Virus record (IMG/VR): IMGVR_UViG_3300014204_000001
Span: 74,011 to 138,010 of that record
DNA: 64,000 bases
From: a virus
Taxonomy: Duplodnaviria > Heunggongvirae > Uroviricota > Caudoviricetes
Reading direction: 5' to 3' (one strand)
Shown: positions 41,062 through 51,308 of the stretch, piece after piece
Position numbering within the stretch: position 1 is the first letter of the stretch
How the letters are laid out: every line of letters starts with the position of its first letter
The notes under the pieces: model-generated
Database searches by the model: none
What the model saw: only the letters and a program-made list of their open reading frames with translations
What the model was told of the DNA's origin: nothing
Program-made: the position numbers and the translations under genes

Positions 41062-43792
41062 TCACAATGTGGAGGCCGACCGTGTTCAGGGGCTTCGGAA
41101 AGTCGGCCTCGATGAAAACCTCGAGCCGGTCCTCTGACAGTTCCGACTCACCCAACTTGGTGATCCGGGCATCGATGATCGGTGCACCGATGCGGACGCG
41201 GCGACGCAGTTTTAGGTTATCGATGCCCGCGCTGAGAGCGGTTTCGATGTACCCGAAGGTGTCCTTGTTCATGTTCCAGATGCCGAGGTAGTCGTCCAGG
41301 ATGTCCGAGAAGAACATCGATACGAAGTCGAAGTTCTTCACCAGCGAGAACTCGCCGAACTGAAGGGTCGACGGGTCGGTAGTGAGCTGGTGAACAACGT
41401 ACGGCAGCGCGTTCGGAGTGTCTTGCTGGAACACAAACCAGCCGTTGTTCGAGATCTGGGTGATCTGGCGGTCAGTGAAGTAGGTATTCGCGTTGTAGAT
41501 CTTGCTGATCCCCGCTATACCCAGATTGGTGAAGCCTTGATGCGACGGAAGGCCTGCAGTCATGCCGCCTACAGCGCACGCCAGATAGTAGCCAGGCTGG
41601 GAGCCGGCTGCTGCGGGGATATTCGGTGTCGCGGAGCTTCGAGGCAGTGAACCGTCGGTAAGGCTTGCAACGTCCACCTTGTCCGGCCAGCACAGGACAG
41701 CACGGCGGCTCTTGATGCTTTGAGCCACCGCGATGAGCTCGGAGACCTGTCCATCCCGATCAAGTGACTTGACTACCCTGTAGGTAAGGGTAGCCGTGGT
41801 CGGAACAGCGATCAACTCACCATCGGTGTTCACGATCCGTGAATACCCGTGAGGCAGTTCGTTGGCCACCAGAGCCGTGTCGCGGCCATTGGCCTTGATG
41901 CGCAGGCGTTGGTTCGAAAGCACCGCCGCGATCTCGAACTTCACAGTAGCGCCAAAGGTCGTGAGGCTAGGGTTCAACGGAAGCTCAAGGTAGTGGCCAG
42001 CCGTCACTGCACTCGCGCCGTCGAGGAACGAAGCATTTGCGTCGTAGAGTTCGAGGTGCAGCGCGGCGTCAACCGCCTTTTCGACAGTGGCGGTGCCCGT
42101 ATATTTCACGGCGCCGTCGGCATCGTGGATGACCACGGACCCTATCGAGGATCCCGCAGTGAGGTTGCCGTCGACGACTTCGAGCTCGTCTGCCGCATTG
42201 ACGTGTGCGACGGTGAGCGTCACCAGCGCCGGACCGGTATCGAGGTCGATGGTGAAGCCCGGGAGTATGCCGAGGTCTACGAAGCTCAACGCCGGAGTGG
42301 GCAGGGTAACCTTCAGAGTGTGCACCGTAATCAGCGCGGGACCCGTGGGGGCCACGATCTGGCCCGTTGAGGACTTGTCAGCCACGATGCCGAAGGACGG
42401 CAGTGCGCCGACCGAGCCCAGCACGACGCGGAACTTCTGCGGCACGCCATTGGTCAGGGCATATTCCGTAGAAGCCAGGTTGTCGAATTCGGTCTTGAGC
42501 TCGGCCACAACGGACAACTCACTCGTCAGTGGGACGACTGCGTAGACGTCCTTGCGATTCGAGATCGCGCTGAGCATCGAGGAGTAGCCTGCAGCGCTGT
42601 CCTCGCCAATGCCGAAGATCTGCACTGAGGTGTTGGTGTTCAGCAGGGCGATGGCCGCGCCGACGGCAAGCGGGTTGCGTGCATCGACGCCGCTATGGAC
42701 GCGTGTGTCGGTTGCCGATGCAGACAGGGTTCGCCCGAACAGTGCCTTGAGCGCGTTGAAGTCGTTGACGTAGGTAACTTCTTGGAGATCGGTACGGAGT
42801 GCCCGGTAGGCGATAGAGACTTCGGCAGCGGTGACAGGCTTGCTGTCAAGGGTAACACCGCTGGCGATGGTGATCTCGTTGCCAGCAACGGACACGAACG
42901 AATCGCTGATGGCGCCCTCAGTAACAGTGCGCTCGACGCGAACCTTATCATAGCCTGCGCTGGGGAGCTCGCTGGTGCAGACGAGGATCTTCGTTGCCAC
43001 TGAGCGGATGGTTCGGGTGATCGTGCTTTCCGCGGAAGCAGCGACAGCGTCCACACCCTCTGCCAGAGCCGTTAGGACGCTGGCTAGCATGTTACCCGTG
43101 GTAACGATGACATAGATCAAATTGTCCGCGTCAGCGGGCGAGAATGCTTCAGAGAAGTCGAACTGCGACATCCCCTCGGGAAAGGTGATCAAGATGTCGT
43201 GGTATGTTTTGCCCTCCGCGACACGATCCGTAACCGTAGTCTCAAGCGACTGCTCGATGGTGCCCTGAGACAGCGTAACGGTGATGAGGTTGCCGGTCAC
43301 ACCCTCGTTCATCGCGGTATACGTGACACCGTTAACCGTTAGCGTGGCGGCCTGTCCAGCGACAGCCTCCTGGGCCGGACGGGTCAGTACTAGCTTATCC
43401 TGTGCCTTGACACCTGCGGCTGCGAAGTCAGTGCCAACCGAAGTAACATCGGCCGAATTCTCCGCAGTAGTGATGTCGGAGGCGTGCGCGATCTCCACAC
43501 TCGCGTTGCCGAAGTGAACCTTGACGCTCGAGGCATCGAGTTGTGCGCCGGTGATGTTATTCGGCGGCTCTGCGATCACCAAGGCTGCGGAAGGTGCCAC
43601 AGAGGTACCCGTAGCAGCGAGGTCGCGCACGCCATAGAGAACAGACGTAAGGATGTTTCCCTTGTCCTCCAGAAAATCCTGAACATGGTATGCCGGACCC
43701 GCGATAAGCACGTTCAGCTCCGGGGTGGCCGGAACAGTGCTCAGCGTGGCGTACTCTTGATAGACCAAAACGACGGGGCGCGGGAGTGCCAT
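41054..43792 (-). CDS. putative contractile tail sheath protein (912 aa)
   Basis: size; conserved-looking C-terminal region GWFVFQQDTP...FSLVKNFDFVSMFF...KLRRRVRIGAPIIDARITKLGE reminiscent of sheath C-terminal domain. Confidence 0.45.
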   Translation of the reverse strand: MALPRPVVLVYQEYATLSTVPATPELNVLIAGPAYHVQDFLEDKGNILTSVLYGVRDLAATGTSVAPSAALVIAEPPNNITGAQLDASSVKVHFGNASVEIAHASDITTAENSADVTSVGTDFAAAGVKAQDKLVLTRPAQEAVAGQAATLTVNGVTYTAMNEGVTGNLITVTLSQGTIEQSLETTVTDRVAEGKTYHDILITFPEGMSQFDFSEAFSPADADNLIYVIVTTGNMLASVLTALAEGVDAVAASAESTITRTIRSVATKILVCTSELPSAGYDKVRVERTVTEGAISDSFVSVAGNEITIASGVTLDSKPVTAAEVSIAYRALRTDLQEVTYVNDFNALKALFGRTLSASATDTRVHSGVDARNPLAVGAAIALLNTNTSVQIFGIGEDSAAGYSSMLSAISNRKDVYAVVPLTSELSVVAELKTEFDNLASTEYALTNGVPQKFRVVLGSVGALPSFGIVADKSSTGQIVAPTGPALITVHTLKVTLPTPALSFVDLGILPGFTIDLDTGPALVTLTVAHVNAADELEVVDGNLTAGSSIGSVVIHDADGAVKYTGTATVEKAVDAALHLELYDANASFLDGASAVTAGHYLELPLNPSLTTFGATVKFEIAAVLSNQRLRIKANGRDTALVANELPHGYSRIVNTDGELIAVPTTATLTYRVVKSLDRDGQVSELIAVAQSIKSRRAVLCWPDKVDVASLTDGSLPRSSATPNIPAAAGSQPGYYLACAVGGMTAGLPSHQGFTNLGIAGISKIYNANTYFTDRQITQISNNGWFVFQQDTPNALPYVVHQLTTDPSTLQFGEFSLVKNFDFVSMFFSDILDDYLGIWNMNKDTFGYIETALSAGIDNLKLRRRVRIGAPIIDARITKLGESELSEDRLEVFIEADFPKPLNTVGLHIVSA

Positions 43793-43843
43793 CTATGGCT
43801 CCTTCTAATCTGATGTGGGAAGTATAGGCGACTTCCCGGATTC

Positions 43844-44539
43844 TCAACGGATATAGCGGGTGAGGAAGTAAGCGTCGGGGTTCGTCTCGCCAGACTGCTG
43901 GAAACGCAGGACAATTTCTCGCAGGAGAGGGCTGATAGGTACGGTGGACCACCGGAACTCTACCTGAAGTGTGGTGGTGACCTTGGTGACCCAGGCCGTC
44001 TTGTCGCTATCATAGGGCGAAGTTCGCCCAAGGACGGGATTGGCTATGTCGTGGATGCCGAACGTTTCCCGGATCTGCTCCCTTCCAGCTAGCAAGTAGA
44101 ACCACACCAGGTCGGCCAGTAGGGAACTCTCCATCTTCGTGTCGGAGATACAACTGACGTCGACAGGCACCTGGCAAATCGAGTAGAACCCCTTTAGTCC
44201 CGTCCTTAGCTGCTGACCGACGAAGTTGTTGATCGCCACCTTTTCCGAGGAGGTCTCACCCTTCTCGATGATGATCGCGGGACGGTAGTTGCGTGTCTCG
44301 GTGTTCTCGTTGAACCCAGGCTCGATGAGTACCTTGCGGGGGGCGTCCAGATCGTTAGTCTCGGTTGCCTCTGGTGTAGGGCTTTCAACCCAGACCCAAG
44401 CAAGACCGTTACCCGGACGGAAGCGCTCACGGATGATCTCAGTAAGCAGGGCCTCAAGGGCTGCAGGGGAGCCGAGCGCGATGTCGGCCTGTTGGCCCGG
44501 CATGCGGGGGCGATTGCGAGGCTCAGCAACGAGAGTCAC
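43844..44539 (-). CDS. hypothetical virion-module protein (231 aa)
   Basis: ORF track. Confidence 0.5.
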   Translation of the reverse strand: MTLVAEPRNRPRMPGQQADIALGSPAALEALLTEIIRERFRPGNGLAWVWVESPTPEATETNDLDAPRKVLIEPGFNENTETRNYRPAIIIEKGETSSEKVAINNFVGQQLRTGLKGFYSICQVPVDVSCISDTKMESSLLADLVWFYLLAGREQIRETFGIHDIANPVLGRTSPYDSDKTAWVTKVTTTLQVEFRWSTVPISPLLREIVLRFQQSGETNPDAYFLTRYIR

Positions 44540-44547
44540 GAGAACTC

Positions 44548-45372
44548 CTAGAAGAGGGGTGGCGTGCGAAGGTTGTCTACGAGAATACGGTAAACGACGT
44601 CGCCGCGTTGAATCTCGCTGACCATTAAGGTCTGGTGAACAGACACGGTCTGGAGCTCCGTAGCAGTCACGTTCTTGACGAGGAAGCGTCGGTTGTCACG
44701 AAGGAACACCAGCACATCGTCATCACGCACGGCGGGCGCGTCAAGAAGCATGACCCGCGTTAGGGTAATGTCCTGCTTGCCTTCTGTAGTGATTTGGGAT
44801 GTCGGCATAGCTGGGGCGCGTTTCGCCAAGGTCACGATAGGGTCGAAGTAACCCGTTACGAACCCAGTCCCGAAGCAAGTCGTGCAGGCAGCGTGTGCAA
44901 CGCCTTTGGTGTACTTGTCGAAGCATTTTGGGCACCGCGAGCCCCAGTGTCTCCGCTTGAGTACCGCTGCCTCGACGCCGTTGAGATGCCGCAGCATCAC
45001 GCTCTCGTCGCGGAGAATCTTCCGCTTGAGAAGGCGCTGCCGTACGTTAAGGCGCGGCTCCACTGAGGAAACTGCTTCTACGCGAGTTCCGCTTGGCGCT
45101 GTGACGGCGATCTTATAGAAGATCGCGCGACTGAGCGCCAGCTGGTTCGGGTCCTGTTCATTCGGATCGCTGCCAACGGGTAGGCGGTCGGTGTAATTGT
45201 AGCAGTCAGGCTCTTCTTCAAGTAGGAGAGTCCAGGGTCCGCCAGAACTGCCTGAACGGTACACGTTGAATAGGTAGGTGCCCGTCTCCGTAGGGTCGAG
45301 GAGATCCCACTGAACAAAGTTGCCGTGTGGGAAGAGCGGAATGGTCCGCGTGATGGCGACGCTCAGAGACAC
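44548..45372 (-). CDS. hypothetical virion-module protein (274 aa)
   Basis: ORF track; contains CPKCF...CTTCFGTG Cys cluster. Confidence 0.5.
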   Translation of the reverse strand: MSLSVAITRTIPLFPHGNFVQWDLLDPTETGTYLFNVYRSGSSGGPWTLLLEEEPDCYNYTDRLPVGSDPNEQDPNQLALSRAIFYKIAVTAPSGTRVEAVSSVEPRLNVRQRLLKRKILRDESVMLRHLNGVEAAVLKRRHWGSRCPKCFDKYTKGVAHAACTTCFGTGFVTGYFDPIVTLAKRAPAMPTSQITTEGKQDITLTRVMLLDAPAVRDDDVLVFLRDNRRFLVKNVTATELQTVSVHQTLMVSEIQRGDVVYRILVDNLRTPPLF

Positions 45373-45373
45373 A

Positions 45374-46156
45374 TTAGACTCCTGGAGAACCGATAGCCGC
45401 TTCGTTGCCCGCGTTGAGCATGTCCAGGTTCTTCTGGGATTTCAGTGCGTCGAAGCCTCGCGATACTGTTCGGTCGTAGTGCGCCGTCTCGAAGTTGGTA
45501 CCGAGCTCCCGATGACCGTTGGTGGGTTGAATCTCCCCAGGTTTTGGCTTTGGGTCAGGGAATAAGCCCAGCCGAAACGAACTCTCTTTGTTCTGACCCC
45601 GCAACAGGTGTCCGCTGAGACAGTCACGGTCAGCGATCCCCGCGAGTTTGGCTACAGGACTGATGAGCTTCATAGGTTGCTGCATTGCCTGCTGCAGTTG
45701 TGCCCCACCTACTGCGGTCGCCACCGCCTGTGCCGAGCTAGGTGGCAAGGGGGCGGCAATTGGCGAAGTAGGCGGGATCGCGGACTTTACCGGCTGCACT
45801 GGAGCTACGGGCTTGGGCACCGGTGAAGCGGCAGAACGACCAGCTGGGGTAGGTGCGGCAGGCTTTGGCGGCGGTGCAACCTTGAACGTCTCGGCAGCTG
45901 CCTTTGCGCCAAGGGCCGCCTGGTCTACCTGACGAAACTCCTCGGTGGCGTCGATGCCGCCTTGATCTTTGACCGCGAGAGAGTGCCCTCCCAGGTTGTT
46001 GACGGTGCCATCGAGGCATGCGTTGATGTACGGTGCGTCGACGTTCGACGAATTGCCCTGGGTCGAGTTATTGATGAAGGCCATGCTAGTGTTGTCAGCA
46101 GCGAATTTGTGCTGTGCATCCCAGCGGCCACGTGCGTAAGCGAATTTAGGATGCAT
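45374..46156 (-). CDS. Pro/Ala-rich hypothetical protein (~260 aa)
   Basis: central PPPKPAAPTPAGRSAASPVPKPVAPVQPVK linker; internal ATG start. Confidence 0.45.
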   Translation of the reverse strand: MHPKFAYARGRWDAQHKFAADNTSMAFINNSTQGNSSNVDAPYINACLDGTVNNLGGHSLAVKDQGGIDATEEFRQVDQAALGAKAAAETFKVAPPPKPAAPTPAGRSAASPVPKPVAPVQPVKSAIPPTSPIAAPLPPSSAQAVATAVGGAQLQQAMQQPMKLISPVAKLAGIADRDCLSGHLLRGQNKESSFRLGLFPDPKPKPGEIQPTNGHRELGTNFETAHYDRTVSRGFDALKSQKNLDMLNAGNEAAIGSPGV

Positions 46157-46640
46157 GGAAAAACCTCGAGACGTTGCGGTAGCCCGAGCCAAGGTGCCCA
46201 TAGCAGGACTCGAGGTTGCGGCTGATCTTGAAGTTTTTGGCCTTCTCCTCGAACTCATCGTGGCACGTACGCGCCATCTCACGGTACAGCGGGGCCTTAT
46301 CGTCAAGGCCAATGGGCTGTACATCACCGTCGCCGTAGGCTACTTGATTTCGCGCCTGCCTGTGCATCTCGCTCCAGAGCAAGAATTCGCAAACACCCAG
46401 GAGGAGGAGCCATATGTTGATCCCCTCCTGAGTGTCATTGGACGGCGGCGTCATCACGTTAAAGCGGGCCACGGTGAACTTGAGCCCACGACGAATCTCC
46501 TCGTCCGAGAACTCCGGTAGGTCGAACATGATGTTGTAACTGCCCGTATTCGGGACCTGTCCTGCGATGTCGCGGAGGAATCCGCGGATATCATCCGTAG
46601 TGAGCAGCTGCGTGGTGACGGGAGTCGCCGTTACGGGCAT
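46146..46640 (-). CDS. hypothetical protein (164 aa)
   Basis: ORF track. Confidence 0.5.
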   Translation of the reverse strand: MPVTATPVTTQLLTTDDIRGFLRDIAGQVPNTGSYNIMFDLPEFSDEEIRRGLKFTVARFNVMTPPSNDTQEGINIWLLLLGVCEFLLWSEMHRQARNQVAYGDGDVQPIGLDDKAPLYREMARTCHDEFEEKAKNFKISRNLESCYGHLGSGYRNVSRFFHAS

Positions 46641-46646
46641 GAGAGA

Positions 46647-47054
46647 TTACCTCCAGTTACGGGCGGAGACGCGGCCAAGCATAGCTGCTGTGCCCCCTTG
46701 AGTCACTACCTGGAGCGCTTGCCCCGGGGCGAGGAGCAGCATCTGCGGGGAGACCACGACGCGCTGCGCATTGGCTTCCTCGATCAGGAGAGTCTCGTCG
46801 GGAGAATCCAGTGTGACGATGTTGATCGTGTAGTCGACTGGCGAGCCGAAATCGAGCAAGTATTGGAGGAGACAGATCGGGCGGTCCTGCTCGAAGTTGA
46901 AGAGACCTCCAGTGGCACCTGCTGCGAACTTGTTGGTCCCGTTGGCGAAGGTGAGCCCTGCGGCTACAGGGGCAGTGCCGTCAAAGTCATTGCCCGCAGT
47001 GATGCGCTGTTGAATGCTGAGGGGGCTGTCGCCAACAGGGATCTTGAGTGTCAT
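46647..47054 (-). CDS. hypothetical protein (135 aa)
   Basis: ORF track. Confidence 0.5.
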   Translation of the reverse strand: MTLKIPVGDSPLSIQQRITAGNDFDGTAPVAAGLTFANGTNKFAAGATGGLFNFEQDRPICLLQYLLDFGSPVDYTINIVTLDSPDETLLIEEANAQRVVVSPQMLLLAPGQALQVVTQGGTAAMLGRVSARNWR

Positions 47055-47083
47055 AGGAGCCTCGTTTTACGCAGTAAATGTCG

Positions 47084-49054
47084 TTACTCAATAGCGCACA
47101 GGGACGAGCAACCGTCGCCAGCTGCGAGATTGCCGTCATCGCACGCTTCGCCAGACTCCATATTACCGTTGCCACATCCAGGCACTAATGCGCTATAGCC
47201 CAGAATCTCGGCATTGGTTCGCGCTATATTAGAGACACGGATAGAGTCAAGAGACGCGCGAAGGTAAGAACCTCCACCGCCAGATTTCTTGGCGCCGATG
47301 TTATTGAATATCAAAGTGCCGTCAGTAGCCGTGTTTGCGCTGGCAGCTGATACTCCTGATGCTACGCCATCGATAAAGTATTCAACTAGCCACGTTGCCC
47401 CAGAGCGACTTTTCCTAACGGCAAAGTGATGCCAAGCACCGCTAGGTATGACATTAGTAGAGGTGGCTATGCTTACATTGGCGCCTGTTCCATATTCCCA
47501 AAACGCACTCAACTTCCCACTAGACAGGTTAAGCAGGATTGTTGAGTTAGCGGCAAGCGTCTCTCCATCGCCGCCATTTTCCAAGATTGTGCCTGTGGCC
47601 AGATCTAGCTCAGGCTTAATGAACCCCTCGATAGTCCAGGCATCGGTGACGAATGTATGCCACAACCCTGTGCTATCAGCAGAAGTGAAATAGTAATTGC
47701 CGAGATCGGTGCTCATTGAGCGCCCGCCACCCAGTTTACCGACAACAGATCCGGGCTGTGACGAAAACGCGAGTACATCATAGGATCCAGCAGAATCGAG
47801 CGCAGTTCCTGTTGATTCGTCTAAAGCCCAAAAAGCAATTGTGTTTGCATCAATTACTGATGCAGCTGGTACCTCAACGACACAAATCGCGGAACAACCA
47901 TCATCGCCTGTAAGGTTGCTGTCGTCACACTCTTCGCCATAGGTAATGATTCCGTCACCACAGGCAGGTACGTAGATCCCGTTATAGGCGTAAACTTCGT
48001 CATAGTAGCCAACGAAAGATTGACCATAAACTGCAGAACCGATCTGAAACTTATTACTAGCATAAACCACAGGTACGCCTGTTTGAGTACAGGTTGTTGT
48101 TGCAACCTGTACACCGTTTAGCCATGCGGAGAAAACGCGGCCAGTAGCGTCATAGTTAAACTGTACGTTGTGCCAAATCCCCGCAGTTAATAGGTGACTC
48201 GGTCCTGCGTCGAGGTAACAGTGCCCGTCTGTAAAGGATATCCGTGCTTTCCAATAATTCACGCCCAAATCGTCAAAGTACATGTGAAAAGAAGTTTCGC
48301 TATTATTAGGGTCGCCGACCAGGAACGCTTTTGCGTATTTGATCTGGGTACCTGTCGGGTTCAACCAGCCGCCAACGCTAAATGATCCGCTCGCAGTGGG
48401 GTAAAACGAAGTACCACTAGTAAGTGCATAACCTGTTGGGTTTTCTACTGCCCGACTGAATTTTCCGGGTTGATTCGCAATAACAGCAGCGCTACCACCG
48501 GTAGTATACGTGCCCCCTAACAACCCCGTATTTGTAAAGGGATACGTCGTCTCGTTCAAAGAGAGGTATACAAGCGTCATTGTTTCGGTAGTACAAGTTG
48601 CGCTACAACCATCACCGTTTGAAGTATTTCCGTCGTCACACTCTTCAGCCCCGGCCTGCACACTATCGCCGCAAGTGGTTGTACAAGCTGACGGTGTACC
48701 AGAACATTGGTACCCTGCTTCAACTGCGCAGGCTTCGGTACAGCCATCGGCTGCAATCACATTGCTATCGTCACAACCCTCAAGACCCGCAGGCACGCCA
48801 TCACCGCACGTTGTCGCGCAAACAGAAGGCCACCCTGCACACTGGTAGCCGGCCTCTACCAGACAATCCAGGCAGCCATCGCCGCCAGCGATAGTGCGGT
48901 CGTCGCACTCTTCAGATGGAGCTGCGCGACCGTCACCACAGACCATCAGCTGAGGTGCTGTGCGTGCACAGGTACGCACACGCGTGCGTGTTGAGGCGTT
49001 AGCACTGCCTGTGATCACCAACAGTGCGAAGAAGATGACGGCGAAACGGCGCAT
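47084..49054 (-). CDS. secreted protein with tandem Cys-rich repeats (CGDG...CDDGN...GDGC) and a large Trp/Tyr/Gly-rich lectin-like domain (656 aa)
   Basis: signal peptide MRRFAVIFFALLVITGSANA; at least 5 copies of the ~40-aa Cys-rich repeat of the type called Myxococcus cysteine-rich repeat. Confidence 0.6.
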   Translation of the reverse strand: MRRFAVIFFALLVITGSANASTRTRVRTCARTAPQLMVCGDGRAAPSEECDDRTIAGGDGCLDCLVEAGYQCAGWPSVCATTCGDGVPAGLEGCDDSNVIAADGCTEACAVEAGYQCSGTPSACTTTCGDSVQAGAEECDDGNTSNGDGCSATCTTETMTLVYLSLNETTYPFTNTGLLGGTYTTGGSAAVIANQPGKFSRAVENPTGYALTSGTSFYPTASGSFSVGGWLNPTGTQIKYAKAFLVGDPNNSETSFHMYFDDLGVNYWKARISFTDGHCYLDAGPSHLLTAGIWHNVQFNYDATGRVFSAWLNGVQVATTTCTQTGVPVVYASNKFQIGSAVYGQSFVGYYDEVYAYNGIYVPACGDGIITYGEECDDSNLTGDDGCSAICVVEVPAASVIDANTIAFWALDESTGTALDSAGSYDVLAFSSQPGSVVGKLGGGRSMSTDLGNYYFTSADSTGLWHTFVTDAWTIEGFIKPELDLATGTILENGGDGETLAANSTILLNLSSGKLSAFWEYGTGANVSIATSTNVIPSGAWHHFAVRKSRSGATWLVEYFIDGVASGVSAASANTATDGTLIFNNIGAKKSGGGGSYLRASLDSIRVSNIARTNAEILGYSALVPGCGNGNMESGEACDDGNLAAGDGCSSLCAIE

Positions 49055-49455
49055 CAGGGAACCTCAGTCAGGGGGCACAACTCGAGAGCAGCGGCAGCGT
49101 CAGGCGTAAATGCGTAGATTGCTGGAGCACTGTTGCCCGGGCCGGGGCCGAACACGACTTCTTCTGGGAGGCCCATGTCAAAGCTCAGCTTACCGATGCA
49201 GTTCGCCACTGGGGCACCGTTCGAGACACACACCATACCCGAACGTGCCTTCACGCGGTAGCGCTTATCCTGTACTGGCGCAACAGCTTCAGCTGACGGA
49301 AGAGTGAGCAGCAAGCACTCGGTGCCTACACGGAGAGGGGTATTGCGCAAGATAGTGTTGAGGGGCTTAAAATCACCCCAAGCGGGATGTACTTGAAAGA
49401 GAAGGCTGCCGAGGAACAGACCAACCAACAGTGCGCCGATATGAACCTTGCTCAC
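49054..49455 (-). CDS. hypothetical secreted/membrane protein (~133 aa)
   Basis: GTGA overlap start; hydrophobic N-terminus VHIGALLVGLFLGSLLF. Confidence 0.45.
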   Translation of the reverse strand: MSKVHIGALLVGLFLGSLLFQVHPAWGDFKPLNTILRNTPLRVGTECLLLTLPSAEAVAPVQDKRYRVKARSGMVCVSNGAPVANCIGKLSFDMGLPEEVVFGPGPGNSAPAIYAFTPDAAAALELCPLTEVP

Positions 49456-49724
49456 GTGATGACCTCCACTTTGTCGGGGCCATAGAGACCCTCTTTGTGA
49501 AACTGGACCACGTAGGTAAACCCCGTGTCGACGTTGATAGGGTTTGCCCACTCGCCGCGGCTATTGGTCAGCGTGATCCCGACTGCAGAGTCGTACTGGC
49601 CTTGGTCGAAATCCGTTTTGCGGTAGACACGCACCAGCGCACCTTCCACCGGCATGCCGCTAGCGGTTTGATAGCGCAGAGCCGCGGGAACACTATAGTT
49701 GTGGTTTAGTGCAACAGTGCTCAT
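49452..49724 (-). CDS. hypothetical protein (90 aa)
   Basis: ORF track. Confidence 0.5.
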   Translation of the reverse strand: MSTVALNHNYSVPAALRYQTASGMPVEGALVRVYRKTDFDQGQYDSAVGITLTNSRGEWANPINVDTGFTYVVQFHKEGLYGPDKVEVIT

Positions 49725-49736
49725 GAAAAACCTCGT

Positions 49737-49967
49737 TTACGGCGTAAAGAAATCCCTGATTTCAAGGTCGCCGTTGGAGAGGTCGTCGGTGGCTTTCTCT
49801 ACTGCATGTTCAGCTACAGACATGCGCTCGTAGTAACGCCTGATCTGTGTCTTGCGTGGAACACGCTCCACAATCTTTGCCGCGGGAACGCGACCGGGAA
49901 ACAACGAGTGAACGAAAGCCTTCAACATGTCACTCTCCTTGACGCCTACGAGACGCTTTAACAGCAA
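49737..49967 (-). CDS. hypothetical protein (76 aa)
   Basis: ORF track. Confidence 0.45.
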   Translation of the reverse strand: MLLKRLVGVKESDMLKAFVHSLFPGRVPAAKIVERVPRKTQIRRYYERMSVAEHAVEKATDDLSNGDLEIRDFFTP

Positions 49968-50157
49968 CTGCCTGAATAAGCTCTGAGAGCTTTTCGGCTA
50001 ACGGTAGCACACGCTCAATGATCGCAAGCTGCGCCTTGTGCGCACGCAGCAGGCAGGTGAAAAGAGTCACGTTAACAGCCAGAGAAATGGCAAGAAAGGC
50101 CCACTCCGGCCGGTCAGCCAGGAAGTTCTTGAGTTCTGTGAGCCCCTCGACATTCAC
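49930..50157 (-). CDS. hypothetical membrane protein (75 aa)
   Basis: WAFLAISLAVNVTLFTCLL hydrophobic segment. Confidence 0.45.
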   Translation of the reverse strand: MNVEGLTELKNFLADRPEWAFLAISLAVNVTLFTCLLRAHKAQLAIIERVLPLAEKLSELIQAVAVKASRRRQGE

Positions 50158-50191
50158 GTGACACCTCGGTACCCCGACACCAGTATAGGTT

Positions 50192-50228
50192 AAAAAACAG
50201 GGCGTCCCAAACGAGTAGGGACGCCCTG
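50192..50228 (-). terminator. rho-independent terminator (minus strand)
   Basis: A-run then cagggcgtccc...gggacgccctg. Confidence 0.65.
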
Positions 50229-50256
50229 GTCTACCTCACAGGTAGAGGTTTCTTAG

Positions 50257-51222
50257 CTACACCAGGCTGACACTGACCAGCGCACTGACCCCGCTGTACG
50301 TAGTGAGTTCGAGGATCGCAGTCTCCGTATCAGAGCTGGTGACCGTGAACCCGTAGCTCCCATCTGCACCAGTAGCGAGAAATAGTGGACCAGTCGTGCC
50401 ATTATTGAGCTGCGCAACGCCAGGGGCAACAGCCGCCAGCGTCACCGATTTTGTGGCGGCAGCGAAGGCCTTGATTCCCACCAGGCAGGCCGCGGTCTCC
50501 GGTTGATTCTGGCCATCGACCATCATGCCCGTAAAGGTGGCTACGACGGTACCCCCTGTGAGGTTCGTGGCGACGAAGGCGTCTCCAGCGATCAGGGTAG
50601 CAGCCTCGTCCGCAGCATCCAGACTATCTGCCTGGACCACGACGGCGCCTGCCAAGGCGTTGACGGCATCCCGAACTGCCCCCAGGGTCGTATTATCGGC
50701 CAGATACTCGATGGTCAGCAGGTCTCCCACGAGGGTCACGCCAAGCGCACCGGCAGAGGTCAGGGCAACCTGAAGATCATTGCCCTCGATGCCACCAGCA
50801 GCAGCCTCGAGCACCATCCTGAAGCTCGAGGTGGCCGCCTTGGACGCCTTGGTGCTGGTGCAAACTGGGAGGCTGAACGCGGCCCGAATGATGTTAGCCG
50901 TCAGGGTGTTCGTGCTCGACTGGACCTCAGCCAAAGCGCCTTCAACGGTGTTCGTGCTCGACTTGACCTCAGCCAAAGCGCCTTCAACGGTAGTCGCCGT
51001 GAGGATGTTGGCCGCATCCTCGACGCCAACAAGCGCGGCGCCGCTAGCGCCCGCGGCGACACTGGCGAGCATTACCTTGGAGACCTCAGCAGACTCGCCA
51101 GATTCCAGGGTAGCAACGCTGTCAGAGATGTCCAGGAGCATACGAGCGTGCATTTCGCCAGCCTGCGCGACGTGACCAAGCATGCTACGTTGAGCGGCGG
51201 TAGTGCGCGTGAACGTGACCAT
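50257..51222 (-). CDS. Ala-rich virion protein (321 aa) with internal 42-bp tandem duplication
   Basis: TVEGALAEV(K/Q)SSTNT twice from 50906-50989; lies just downstream of capsid-sized gene (decoration or fibre candidate). Confidence 0.5.
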   Translation of the reverse strand: MVTFTRTTAAQRSMLGHVAQAGEMHARMLLDISDSVATLESGESAEVSKVMLASVAAGASGAALVGVEDAANILTATTVEGALAEVKSSTNTVEGALAEVQSSTNTLTANIIRAAFSLPVCTSTKASKAATSSFRMVLEAAAGGIEGNDLQVALTSAGALGVTLVGDLLTIEYLADNTTLGAVRDAVNALAGAVVVQADSLDAADEAATLIAGDAFVATNLTGGTVVATFTGMMVDGQNQPETAACLVGIKAFAAATKSVTLAAVAPGVAQLNNGTTGPLFLATGADGSYGFTVTSSDTETAILELTTYSGVSALVSVSLV

Positions 51223-51308
51223 GTTGTGTCTCCTTTCCGGAGTGTGAAACGGGGCGCCCCCTTACACAGAAGGCGCCCCTGGGATTACGGCGTTGTTATC
51301 ATGAGGCG

